Shown here in pieces: positions 9,365 through 18,028 of a stretch of 64,000 nucleotides of DNA. This stretch comes from Coprothermobacterota bacterium (GTDB lineage Bacteria > Coprothermobacterota > HKB111), in NCBI GenBank assembly GCA_037440465.1, contig JBBIUB010000001.1, positions 32,001 through 96,000 on the forward strand. Direction: 5' to 3'. The notes under the pieces are model-generated. The model was not told the DNA's origin, did no database searches, and saw only the letters and a program-made list of their open reading frames with translations. Numbering within the stretch: position 1 is the first letter of the stretch; the number at the start of each line of letters is the position of its first letter. A program made the position numbers and the translations under genes.

Positions 9365-10834
9365 TTAAAGAATTTCAAGTGTATTAGACTCGGGTTTAAG
9401 CTGGGGGAATAATACTACATCTCTAATAGAAGATACTCCCAGAAGTATCATAGCCAAACGGTCAATACCAATTCCCAACCCTCCTGTAGGCGGCAGTCCA
9501 TGTTCCAAAGCTATGAGATAATCTTCATCGACAACATGAGCCTCTTCATCCCCTCTTTCCTTCTTTTGAAGTTGGCCCTCAAATCGCTCTCTTTGAGTGA
9601 ATGGATCGTTAAGCTCACTAAAACCATTAGCAACTTCCATCCCTCTAATAAAAAGTTCAAAGCGGTCTGTGTACTCTGGATCATCTGCTCTTTCTTTAGC
9701 TAGTGGCGACAACAAAGCAGGGTAACCTGTTACAAATGTCGGCTCTATTAAAGTAGGTTCAATTATCTCTTTGAAAATCTCATCAACAACATTTTCCCAA
9801 AGAAGAGGTTTTTTCAGTTCTATGCCTTTCTTATTAAGATAATTTTTTGCAAATACTAAATCTTTTAACGCTTCCATTTCTATACCAACCTGGTTACTGA
9901 ATAGTTCACGGTATTCAACTACTACGAAATCTTTTAGTAAGTTTATCTGTTTCCCTTCCCATTCAATTGATACATCAGGCAACAGACAAGGTATTATAAA
10001 ATGAATCATATCCTGGGTAAGTTTCATCATAGCTTCAAATCCCTGAAAAGCCCAATATACTTCCAACATAGTAAACTCTGGATTATGAATCCTGGAGATG
10101 CCTTCATTACGAAAGTTCCTACTCACCTCAAACACCTTAAAGAAGCTTCCTACTACCAATCTTTTAAGGTATAGTTCAGGTGCTATTCTCAAAAATAGAT
10201 CTGTTCCTAATGCTTGATGATGTGTAATAAATGGATTTGCAATTGCTCCGCCAGCAATAGATTGAAGTACTGGTGTCTCAACTTCCAGAAAACCTTTTTC
10301 ATTTAGGAATTTTCTGATTAATTCTAATAGCTTACTTCTTTTTATAAAATCTTCTTTTACTTTAGGATTAACTAGAAGGTCGAGGTATCTAAATCTATAA
10401 CGCTGTTCTATGTCTTTGAGACCATGCCATTTTTCAGGCAATGGCCTGAGGGCTTTTGTAAGAAAAAACCATTTACCAACTTCCAGAGTTATCTCCCCTC
10501 TTTTTGTTTTAAAAAGAGTCCCTTCTAATCCAAGAAAATCCCCTATATCAACAACATTTTTAAAGAGTTGAAAATTTTCACTACTAAGTTTAGCTTCTTG
10601 TAAATAAGCCTGAATTTTTCCTGTATCATCCATAATGTCTAAGAAAAGCGAACCTCCATGATCCCTGATACTCATAATTCTTCCTGCTATCTTCTGATAA
10701 CTACCTTCAAAAGAAACGTAGTTTTCTTTTAAGAAGCAGATTTGAAAAGCATCAGGAAAGGGTTCTCCATATGGCTTTATCCCATTTTCTTTGAGATCAG
10801 TGAGTTTCTTAATTCTCTCCTCTCTTTCTCTCAA
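9365..10834 (-). CDS. lysS: Lysine--tRNA ligase, class II
   Basis: PLPEKWHGL, RYLDL, LRIAPELYLKRL, FRNEG, HNPEFT and GLPPTGGLGIGIDRL motifs. Confidence 0.98.
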   Translation of the reverse strand: MREREERIKKLTDLKENGIKPYGEPFPDAFQICFLKENYVSFEGSYQKIAGRIMSIRDHGGSLFLDIMDDTGKIQAYLQEAKLSSENFQLFKNVVDIGDFLGLEGTLFKTKRGEITLEVGKWFFLTKALRPLPEKWHGLKDIEQRYRFRYLDLLVNPKVKEDFIKRSKLLELIRKFLNEKGFLEVETPVLQSIAGGAIANPFITHHQALGTDLFLRIAPELYLKRLVVGSFFKVFEVSRNFRNEGISRIHNPEFTMLEVYWAFQGFEAMMKLTQDMIHFIIPCLLPDVSIEWEGKQINLLKDFVVVEYRELFSNQVGIEMEALKDLVFAKNYLNKKGIELKKPLLWENVVDEIFKEIIEPTLIEPTFVTGYPALLSPLAKERADDPEYTDRFELFIRGMEVANGFSELNDPFTQRERFEGQLQKKERGDEEAHVVDEDYLIALEHGLPPTGGLGIGIDRLAMILLGVSSIRDVVLFPQLKPESNTLEIL

Positions 10835-10836
10835 TG

Positions 10837-11319
10837 TTACCTCACAATCTCTTTTATTCTATAGGAAATACGACCAACAAGTGCATCTATGAAGAATTCC
10901 TCAAGTGCTCTTTTTCCAAGCACCGCATGGCCTAAGGGACTTTGAGCAGAAATGTAACATTTACGAGGATCCACTTCTTCGACATTACCAACAATAACAT
11001 ATTCTTCCTCTTCTCCAGCAGTGATGTTTTCTAACTTTACACGGCTTCCTATTGTCACTGTTTCTGAGGGTAAATCTCTCTCTTCAAGAACAGTAGCTAT
11101 CCTGAGAATTTTCTCCAATTCGAGAATTCTACCCTCAACAAAAGCTTGTTCGTTTTTTGCATCCTCATACTCTGAATTATCGGTGATGTCACCATATTCT
11201 TTAGCTTGAACTATCCTTTCTGCTACTTCTTTGCGTCTTACTGTTCGGAGATATTCAAGTTCTTCCTCCAGCTTCTTTAATCCATCTTTACTGATATATA
11301 AACGACCAGTTTCTGCCAT
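10837..11319 (-). CDS. greA: Transcription elongation factor GreA
   Basis: GDITDNSEYEDAK and ISAQSPLG motifs; greA-lysS order. Confidence 0.95.
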   Translation of the reverse strand: MAETGRLYISKDGLKKLEEELEYLRTVRRKEVAERIVQAKEYGDITDNSEYEDAKNEQAFVEGRILELEKILRIATVLEERDLPSETVTIGSRVKLENITAGEEEEYVIVGNVEEVDPRKCYISAQSPLGHAVLGKRALEEFFIDALVGRISYRIKEIVR

Positions 11320-11326
11320 TGTATCT

Positions 11327-12409
11327 TCACCTCCCTGAATGAAGAGCTTTTAATTTAATTCTTTCTATTTCTTCTGGTTTCAAGACTCTTTCAAAACTTC
11401 TAAAACCTGCCAACTTAAAACCATGCTTCTTCGCTAACTCACTTATCTCTACTACTTTAGAAATATCTAATTCCTTGCCTAATGAAAAAGTATTATATTT
11501 TCGTTCTAATGTCAGAATCATTGTTTCAGACATACAAGCATATGCCAAGCCTGGAGGAAACCCAAAATTATAATTAAAAGATGGTGTTCCAGGAACTTTA
11601 ATTACACCACCTTCAATAACCAAAACATCTTCCCTATCTCGAGATACTCTTGTAGAAACATCTCTTGGTCTTGCTACATCACATACTACAGCTCCAGGTT
11701 TTAACATCTCAGGCTCTATTACTTGATGAACTGCGCTGGAAACAGCTACAATAGCATCTGCCCTTTTAATCCCCTTTGATATTGAAGAAGTTGATTCTAC
11801 ACTCAATCCTTCTTCCATTAAAGATCTACTAATTTCATTTAGTTTCTCTTCATTCCTTCCTATTAAAACTGTGCTCTTAAATCTTGGCGCCATTAAATAA
11901 GCAGCAGCTTTACCTATTGAGCCTGTAGCACCTACTATGGCTAGCTCAGCATCTTTTGAATCAACTTCCATAAGTTTCAAAGCCTCAAAAGTCCCTTCTA
12001 TTGCTGATGCTACCGTATAACTATTTCCAGTTGTAACAGCAATTTTAAGATTTTCTTTTATAGTAATTCCACCATCTCCAACCACTGAGGTAAAAGCCCC
12101 AAGCCCAACAATGCTTGCGCCCTGACTTTCCGCAAGCTTACCAGCTTCAATTATCTTTTCATAGACATATGGCAAGGGGAGGGTTACCATCTGTTCGGAA
12201 GTTAGAGGACAAGCAATGAAGAACCCTTCAATCTCCTCACCGTTATAATCAGACTTTATACCTTTTATATAAGAACTCACAAAAGCTTTTCGTTTTTTTA
12301 AAAGATTTAGAACGAGTGAGGGTGGAAGAAATCTTGCCCAACTTAATTTCTTAACGATGTCATTATAATTTATAGGATGGAGAATAAAAGCAAATATTTC
12401 CATGTCCAA
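11327..12409 (-). CDS. Acyl-ACP reductase-like Rossmann oxidoreductase (COG5322-like)
   Basis: FAFILHP, GLGAFTSVVGDGG, VTTGNSYT, VGATGSIG, DVARPRD and YACMSE motifs resemble the cyanobacterial acyl-ACP reductase layout, including the candidate catalytic Cys. Confidence 0.7.
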   Translation of the reverse strand: MDMEIFAFILHPINYNDIVKKLSWARFLPPSLVLNLLKKRKAFVSSYIKGIKSDYNGEEIEGFFIACPLTSEQMVTLPLPYVYEKIIEAGKLAESQGASIVGLGAFTSVVGDGGITIKENLKIAVTTGNSYTVASAIEGTFEALKLMEVDSKDAELAIVGATGSIGKAAAYLMAPRFKSTVLIGRNEEKLNEISRSLMEEGLSVESTSSISKGIKRADAIVAVSSAVHQVIEPEMLKPGAVVCDVARPRDVSTRVSRDREDVLVIEGGVIKVPGTPSFNYNFGFPPGLAYACMSETMILTLERKYNTFSLGKELDISKVVEISELAKKHGFKLAGFRSFERVLKPEEIERIKLKALHSGR

Positions 12410-12412
12410 TTC

Positions 12413-13315
12413 TCAGGGATTAAGAAAATCTATCCTTGGTCTCAAGGAGATTCTTTCCAGGAATTTCTCAGCTTCTTCATTAGTAACCTCATCAGGTGGT
12501 TTATCCAGAAAGGAAACTAACAATCCTTCAATAACATTGGTTCCAAAGGAGCGCCCTTCCCATTCTGGCGTAGTAGTTACTAGAAGTTTAACCCCTCTTT
12601 CTTTTAGGAGTTCCCGATCTTCACTCGTTACAGTATTAGTTAATATTAACTTTCCTTTCAAATCCAAGGGTGAATATCTTCTTATGAAATGAAAATCACC
12701 TGCTATAAGATCTGCCCAATCAAAATAATGAGTAAAACGAGGTTCACTTTCATCTTGTTTTTTACCAACAGGATAAAGAAAACTCATAGGGAGGTAAGTA
12801 AGAATGGGAAGTAGCAAAGAAGCAACAATATCTACTGATTTAAGTGTCCTTAAAGGAAAAGGAAGTCCAAGAGCAAAAAGGAAGTCTCCAAATATAAGAG
12901 GACACCCGATCTGGCTTAACGCTTCACTAATGCTGTATCTATCAACAGCACTTACTACCAGTGTTTTTGTCTTATTATTAATTATTCCTTGGTTAAATAA
13001 AGTAAAAACAACCTTATTTTCCCAATTATTTTTTATTAGGGCACCATCTACAACATATGATTTCTTTACTAAATTTTTTAGTTTTAAGGCATCCTTTATG
13101 ATATATCTCTTATTTTTTGCAAATAAATATAGGCTTATACCGCCAAGGCCTATAGCATTTACCTGGCCATCTTGTTCTTTTATAAGGTCAAACATCCTGG
13201 AGAAATTGCCATCTGTCCCTATCCTTTCAAGGCTGACTTTCTCTCCCAGAATATCTAACTCTACTCTATGATTTCTCTTAGATGAACCTAAACTAATGCT
13301 AACAATTTTTTTCAT
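12413..13315 (-). CDS. Conserved protein of unknown function (family often labelled 'quinate 5-dehydrogenase')
   Basis: VSISLGSSKR, RIGTDG, IGLGGI, DRY, FGD, GDFH and GRSFGTNV motifs; ends 3 nt before the AAR-like gene. Start set to ATG 13315. Confidence 0.65.
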   Translation of the reverse strand: MKKIVSISLGSSKRNHRVELDILGEKVSLERIGTDGNFSRMFDLIKEQDGQVNAIGLGGISLYLFAKNKRYIIKDALKLKNLVKKSYVVDGALIKNNWENKVVFTLFNQGIINNKTKTLVVSAVDRYSISEALSQIGCPLIFGDFLFALGLPFPLRTLKSVDIVASLLLPILTYLPMSFLYPVGKKQDESEPRFTHYFDWADLIAGDFHFIRRYSPLDLKGKLILTNTVTSEDRELLKERGVKLLVTTTPEWEGRSFGTNVIEGLLVSFLDKPPDEVTNEEAEKFLERISLRPRIDFLNP

Positions 13316-13344
13316 TGACACCACCCATTTTCTTAAGCTTGAAA

Positions 13345-13353
13345 ATTATATCA
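13345..13353 (-). promoter_or_regulatory. Putative extended -10 promoter (TGnTATAAT) for the long minus-strand operon
   Basis: The minus strand reads TGATATAAT about 30 nt upstream of the 13315 start. Confidence 0.45.
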
Positions 13354-13425
13354 CAATAAGGTATTAAAACAAAAAAACTCTACAGAGAACCTTTTTTCTT
13401 AATATGAAAGAGCATGAAAAAATTA

Positions 13426-13500
13426 TGGAGCCGGCAGAGGGAGTTGGACCCTCAACCTGCTGATTACGATTCAGCTGCTCTACCATTGAGCTACACCGGC
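13426..13500 (-). tRNA. tRNA-Thr(CGT)
   Basis: Reverse complement GCCGGTGTAGCTCAATGGTAGAGCAGCTGAATCGTAATCAGCAGGTTGAGGGTCCAACTCCCTCTGCCGGCTCCA; stem GCTGA/TCAGC, anticodon CGT, encoded CCA; atypical T-loop. Confidence 0.93.
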
Positions 13501-13581
13501 TCCGTAAATTTTAGCACATGATTCTTGACTTTTGACCCTTCGCCCGATTAATAGTTTCCAAAATCGGATAATCTCCAAATT

Positions 13582-13789
13582 AGTTGTCTACATTAAGGAT
13601 TCAAAGAGTCAATGAATATAGGACCCAAGAGGTCCAGGATTCAAGGGTTCAAGTGAATTGCATATGAATAACAAAGGAATAAAGGGTTATAGAAGTTGAT
13701 TTTTTTATTTTCTCTCGAATCCTCGAATCCTTGAATCCTCTAACCCTTCTTAGTAAACACTCGAAACCTTGAATCCTATTTAGATAACC
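13582..13789. repeat. Non-coding element of inverted 8-mer arrays (GGATTCAA-like left, TTGAATCC/TCGAATCC-like right) with imperfect terminal inverted repeats
   Basis: Left units at 13597, 13621, 13637 and 13645; right units at 13715, 13723, 13731, 13739, 13761 and 13769. The left end AGTTGTCTACATTA resembles the reverse complement of the right end (GGTTATCTAAATA). Confidence 0.75.
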
Positions 13790-13882
13790 CATATAAAATT
13801 AATATCAATTCAAGTCAGTAATAGAGTAAAATATATTTGGTTTTATTAAACATACATAACTGGAATTACGGGAGGTTATTTA

Positions 13883-14887
13883 ATGCAAAAGATAGGTGTA
13901 ATCTCATACGGGTTAGGTCCTATTGGAAAAGGAATTGCCAAGACTGCTCATCAGAGGAAGGAATTAATCTTAATTGGTGGAGTAGATATTAATCCACAAT
14001 TACATGGTAAAGATTTTGGAGAAGTAATTAGCATTGGTCCACTTGGTGTAAAAATAAAAAGCAGTCTTAAAGAAATCCCTGTTGAACAAGCAAAGGTTGT
14101 CTTACATTCTACTCAATCATCATTTCCAAAGGTTTTTGATCAGCTTGAAGAAATCGCTAAATTAGGACTTAATATTATCTCAACCACAGAAGAATTATCT
14201 TACCCTTTTATCAAATATCCAGTACTTTCTGAGAAACTTGACAAGATAGCTAAAGAAAATGGTATTACCATACTCGGGACAGGAGTAAACCCGGGTTTTT
14301 TAATGGATTCTTTTCCTCTATTCATCACATCAGTATCTAATAAAGTTAAGAGAATCCATATACTACGTTTGATGGACGCATCCAAAAGAAGAGGACCATT
14401 CCAAGTTAAGATTGGTTCAGGACTTACTACCCATGAATTTCATAACCTGGTTAAAAATGGAAAACTGGGTCATGTCGGACTTGAAGAATCAATTCAGTTT
14501 ATCACTACCTCCTTAAAGGTAGAGTTAGGAGACTACAAAGAATCTATCAAACCTGTACTTGCTGAAGAAAATATTAAAACAGATTATTTAGAAGTTTCTG
14601 CTGGTATGGTAAGAGGTATTGATCAGGTTGGCATTGGATTTGATAAAGAAGGTAATGAAATAGTACGATTAGAGTTCAAGGCTTATCTTGAAGCTAAGAA
14701 TCCACATGATTTAATTGAAATTGAGGGTGATCCTTCTTTAACAGTTGTTATCCCTGGTGGAGTTCCGGGTGACATTGCTACTTCTTCTATAGTAACAAAT
14801 GCCATACCAAGAGTACTAAATGCATCTCCAGGTCTTCTTACAATGAAAGATATCCCAATAACTCATAATTTTGGAAGTTTTAAGTAG
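13883..14887 (+). CDS. 2,4-diaminopentanoate dehydrogenase (Ord)/native amine dehydrogenase-like NAD(P)H oxidoreductase
   Basis: Rossmann YGLGPIG; STTEELSYP, LGTGVNPGF, GHVG..ES and GGVPGDIAT..N.IP.V..A.PGL motifs. Confidence 0.75.
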   Translation: MQKIGVISYGLGPIGKGIAKTAHQRKELILIGGVDINPQLHGKDFGEVISIGPLGVKIKSSLKEIPVEQAKVVLHSTQSSFPKVFDQLEEIAKLGLNIISTTEELSYPFIKYPVLSEKLDKIAKENGITILGTGVNPGFLMDSFPLFITSVSNKVKRIHILRLMDASKRRGPFQVKIGSGLTTHEFHNLVKNGKLGHVGLEESIQFITTSLKVELGDYKESIKPVLAEENIKTDYLEVSAGMVRGIDQVGIGFDKEGNEIVRLEFKAYLEAKNPHDLIEIEGDPSLTVVIPGGVPGDIATSSIVTNAIPRVLNASPGLLTMKDIPITHNFGSFK

Positions 14888-14901
14888 CGAGAGACTTAGA
14901 A

Positions 14902-15930
14902 ATGAAAGCAATTGTTAAGAAAACTTTAGAAAAGGGAGTCTCTCTTGAGGAGGTTGGAATACCCCAACCAAGAGAAGGAGAGGTACTTATTAAAGTAAAA
15001 TATTCTTCTATTTGCGGCACAGATCTTCATATTTACCTCTCAGACAACTGGGCTACCAATAGGATTCATCCACCTCTCATAATTGGACACGAAATGGGTG
15101 GAGAGGTTGTAGAACTTGGACCCAAAGTATCCCATATCAAGTTAGGAGATAGAGTTGGTGTTGAAACTCACATAGTTAACTGGAAAACTCGAGAATCAAG
15201 AACAGGTAAAGCACATCTATGTTCCAGCACAAAAATCCTTGGTGTAGACATGGATGGATCTTTTGCTGAGTATGTGGTATTACCAGAAGTAAATGTAATA
15301 CCCAACCCAACATCAATACCAGATGAATTCTTATCGATTGAAGAACCACTTGGTAACGCTGTTCATGCAGCCACAACCGTTAGTGTTCCTGGTAAAAATG
15401 TACTCGTTGTGGGAAGTGGCCCAGTAGGGCTTCTACTTATTGCTGTTTTAAAATGTTTTGGCACAACGAGAGTATTTGTCTCTGAGATAAATCGTTATCG
15501 ACTTGATTTAGCTCAGAAGGTTGGTGCAGACAGAGCTATTAACCCTAAAGAGTTAGACCTTTTAGAAATCATCCGTGAGGAAACAGGAGGAGAAGGTTTA
15601 GATATTGCATTTGACATGTCTGGAAATAGCTCGGGAATAAACCAAGCTATTAAATCATTAAGACCGGGTGGAGATATGGTTTTCTTTGGTTTACCCAGGA
15701 TGCCTGTGAATATAAATATCGCAGATGACATTATTTTTAGAGGATTAACTCTACATGGAATAATAGGACGAAAAATGTTTGACACCTGGTATGAGGTATT
15801 AGACCTCCTTGAGAACAAAAAGATAGATTTAGGACCTATCATTACCCACCGTTTCCCATATGAAGAGATAGACAAAGCCATGGATTTAATGGACAGAGGA
15901 GAATCCGGGAAAATTCTTCTCTTCCCTTAG
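14902..15930 (+). CDS. tdh: L-threonine 3-dehydrogenase
   Basis: SICGTDLHIY, GHEMGG, EPLGNAVH and GIIGRKMFDTW motifs; next to kbl. Confidence 0.92.
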   Translation: MKAIVKKTLEKGVSLEEVGIPQPREGEVLIKVKYSSICGTDLHIYLSDNWATNRIHPPLIIGHEMGGEVVELGPKVSHIKLGDRVGVETHIVNWKTRESRTGKAHLCSSTKILGVDMDGSFAEYVVLPEVNVIPNPTSIPDEFLSIEEPLGNAVHAATTVSVPGKNVLVVGSGPVGLLLIAVLKCFGTTRVFVSEINRYRLDLAQKVGADRAINPKELDLLEIIREETGGEGLDIAFDMSGNSSGINQAIKSLRPGGDMVFFGLPRMPVNINIADDIIFRGLTLHGIIGRKMFDTWYEVLDLLENKKIDLGPIITHRFPYEEIDKAMDLMDRGESGKILLFP

Positions 15931-15934
15931 GAGG

Positions 15935-17134
15935 ATGAAAATGAAACCATTTATTGAAGAAATCCTTAGAAACAACTTGAAGAAGTTAGAAGATGAACAC
16001 TTACTTATCACTTTAAAAATTCTCTCATCTTCTCAAGGACCCTGGGTTGAGATGGGAGGAAGAAGGGTTTTAAATCTTTCTTCAAATAATTATCTTGGAT
16101 TCAACTCACACCCATCACTTATAAAAGCTTCCATTGAAGCAACAGAAAAATGGGGAGTTGGTTCAGGTGCAGTTCGTACGATAGTAGGTACACAAGAAAT
16201 TCATATGGAGTTGGAACACGAGCTTGCTTCCTTCAAGAAGGTTGGTGCATGCCTGGTTTTTCAATCAGGTTATGCCACTAACCTTGGCGTTATTCAAGCA
16301 CTCATGACAGAGGGAGATGTAATTATCTCAGATGAACTGAACCACGCTTCTATAATTGATGGTGCCCGTCTTTCTAAAGCAAAGATTCATGTTTACCGCC
16401 ATGTTGATATGAATCACTTAGAAGAAAAACTAAAGGAAGCCAGAGATTTAAAACCTGGAAAAATCCTTTTAGTTACCGATGGTGTCTTCAGCATGGACGG
16501 GGACATTGCTCCACTACCACAGATTACAGAGCTTGCTGAAAGATATGAAGCTATCTTGATGGTAGACGATGCTCACGCATCTGGAGTTCTTGGAAGAAAT
16601 GGAAGAGGTACTGTTGACCATTTCAATCTTCACGGTAGAGTTGACATCCAAGTTGGTACACTTTCAAAAGCACTTGGTACCATGGGAGGTTATGTAGCAA
16701 GTAGTCAAACATTTGTAACATTCTTGATACAAAAAGGGCGTCCAATCCTCTTCTCTACTTCCCACCCTCCAGGAGTTGTAGCTGCTACTTTAGTTTCACT
16801 AAAAATCATCAATTCACTTGAAGGAGAAGAATTGATTAAGAAACTCTGGGAGAACACAGGTTATTTCAAAGATAACCTTAAAAACGCCGGGTTTAATATT
16901 GGTGTTTCCCAGACTCCAATTACTCCTATAATGGTAGGAGATGCTGAAGTTGCCCAGAAATACAGTTCCCTGCTTTTAGAAGATGGTGTCCTTGCTCTGG
17001 GAATTGGTTATCCTACTGTAGCTCTCGGTAAAGCTCGGATTAGAACTATAGTCACATCTTCTCATACAAAAAAAGACCTGGACCTCGCCCTGAAAACTCT
17101 CTGTAAAATAGGGAGAAAAATAGGTATCATCTAA
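15935..17134 (+). CDS. kbl: Glycine C-acetyltransferase (2-amino-3-ketobutyrate CoA ligase)
   Basis: SNNYLG, SDELNHASIIDG, DGVFSMDG, DDAH, GTLSKA and RPILFST motifs; directly after tdh. Confidence 0.9.
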   Translation: MKMKPFIEEILRNNLKKLEDEHLLITLKILSSSQGPWVEMGGRRVLNLSSNNYLGFNSHPSLIKASIEATEKWGVGSGAVRTIVGTQEIHMELEHELASFKKVGACLVFQSGYATNLGVIQALMTEGDVIISDELNHASIIDGARLSKAKIHVYRHVDMNHLEEKLKEARDLKPGKILLVTDGVFSMDGDIAPLPQITELAERYEAILMVDDAHASGVLGRNGRGTVDHFNLHGRVDIQVGTLSKALGTMGGYVASSQTFVTFLIQKGRPILFSTSHPPGVVAATLVSLKIINSLEGEELIKKLWENTGYFKDNLKNAGFNIGVSQTPITPIMVGDAEVAQKYSSLLLEDGVLALGIGYPTVALGKARIRTIVTSSHTKKDLDLALKTLCKIGRKIGII

Positions 17135-17137
17135 TAA

Positions 17138-18028
17138 ATGCTGTATAATAGCAATTTGAACCCCTCAACCTTTTCCGGGGTGAGTAAGCTTTTATCTATA
17201 TTGAATATAACTCCTAATAAAAGGAAAGGTCAAAATTTTCTAATAGATCAGAACCTGGCAAACAAAATCACTTCTACTTTGAACATGGAAACCCATGAAA
17301 CAATACTTGAAGTAGGAGGTGGACTTTTATCTCTTAGTATGCCTCTCATAAGAGAGGGTAAAAAGCTAATAACTGTTGAGGTAGACCCTTCTTTCGTCCC
17401 ATGGTATGTGAAAGTTAAAAAAGTATATACAAACTTTGATTACTTAATAGCTGATATAAGAGATGTACTTGATAATGTTGATAATTATTTTAAAGAGAAT
17501 CCCCCAAGTCTTTTGCTTGGAAACCTTCCCTACTATTTAAGTACTCATTTATTATTTATTCTCTTTCCTTTAAGATGGTGGAAAGTAGCTGTTTTTACAC
17601 TTCAAAAAGAAGTTGTAGAAAGGTTAATGGCAATACCTGGCTCAAAAAATAGGTCACCGCTGACATTAATGAGAGAAGAATATGCAGGAATTGAACCCAT
17701 TTCAGAATTACCCCCATCTGTATTCTATCCAAAACCCGGAGTTTCTTCCTTAGCTGTAAAATTTACCAAAACAGAACCAATGGTTTCTTCAGAAAAAGAA
17801 GAAGCAGTTTTAAGAAAGATTATTTTCTACAGCTTCACAAAAAAAAGAAAGACAATTCTTAACAGTCTAAGTATGTCCACCTTGAATTTAGGTAAAGAAA
17901 AGGTGTTTTATCTTCTGAAAGAAACGAATATTGACCCCCAATTAAGAGCGGAAGATTTAAGTTTTAATGACTTCCTCAACCTCACTCATACTTTTCTAAG
18001 ACATGACTTTTCCATCACTGACTCTTAA
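17138..18028 (+). CDS. rsmA: 16S rRNA m6,2A dimethyltransferase KsgA
   Basis: GQNFLID, GNLPYY, QKEVVERL, FYPKP and RAEDL motifs; rsmA-ispE order. Confidence 0.88.
   Translation: MLYNSNLNPSTFSGVSKLLSILNITPNKRKGQNFLIDQNLANKITSTLNMETHETILEVGGGLLSLSMPLIREGKKLITVEVDPSFVPWYVKVKKVYTNFDYLIADIRDVLDNVDNYFKENPPSLLLGNLPYYLSTHLLFILFPLRWWKVAVFTLQKEVVERLMAIPGSKNRSPLTLMREEYAGIEPISELPPSVFYPKPGVSSLAVKFTKTEPMVSSEKEEAVLRKIIFYSFTKKRKTILNSLSMSTLNLGKEKVFYLLKETNIDPQLRAEDLSFNDFLNLTHTFLRHDFSITDS

Noticed and set aside
11327..13315. Shikimate/quinate dehydrogenase function
   Set aside because: AroE substrate motifs (SxSP, NVTxPxK, NTD) are missing; only a Rossmann motif is shared.
9231..13500. tRNA-anchored genomic island or prophage
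   Set aside because: No integrase, no duplicated tRNA 3' end and no phage genes; the flanks are housekeeping genes.
13582..13789. CRISPR array
   Set aside because: The units are 8 bp, partly tandem and partly inverted, with no unique ~30-40-nt spacers and no cas genes.
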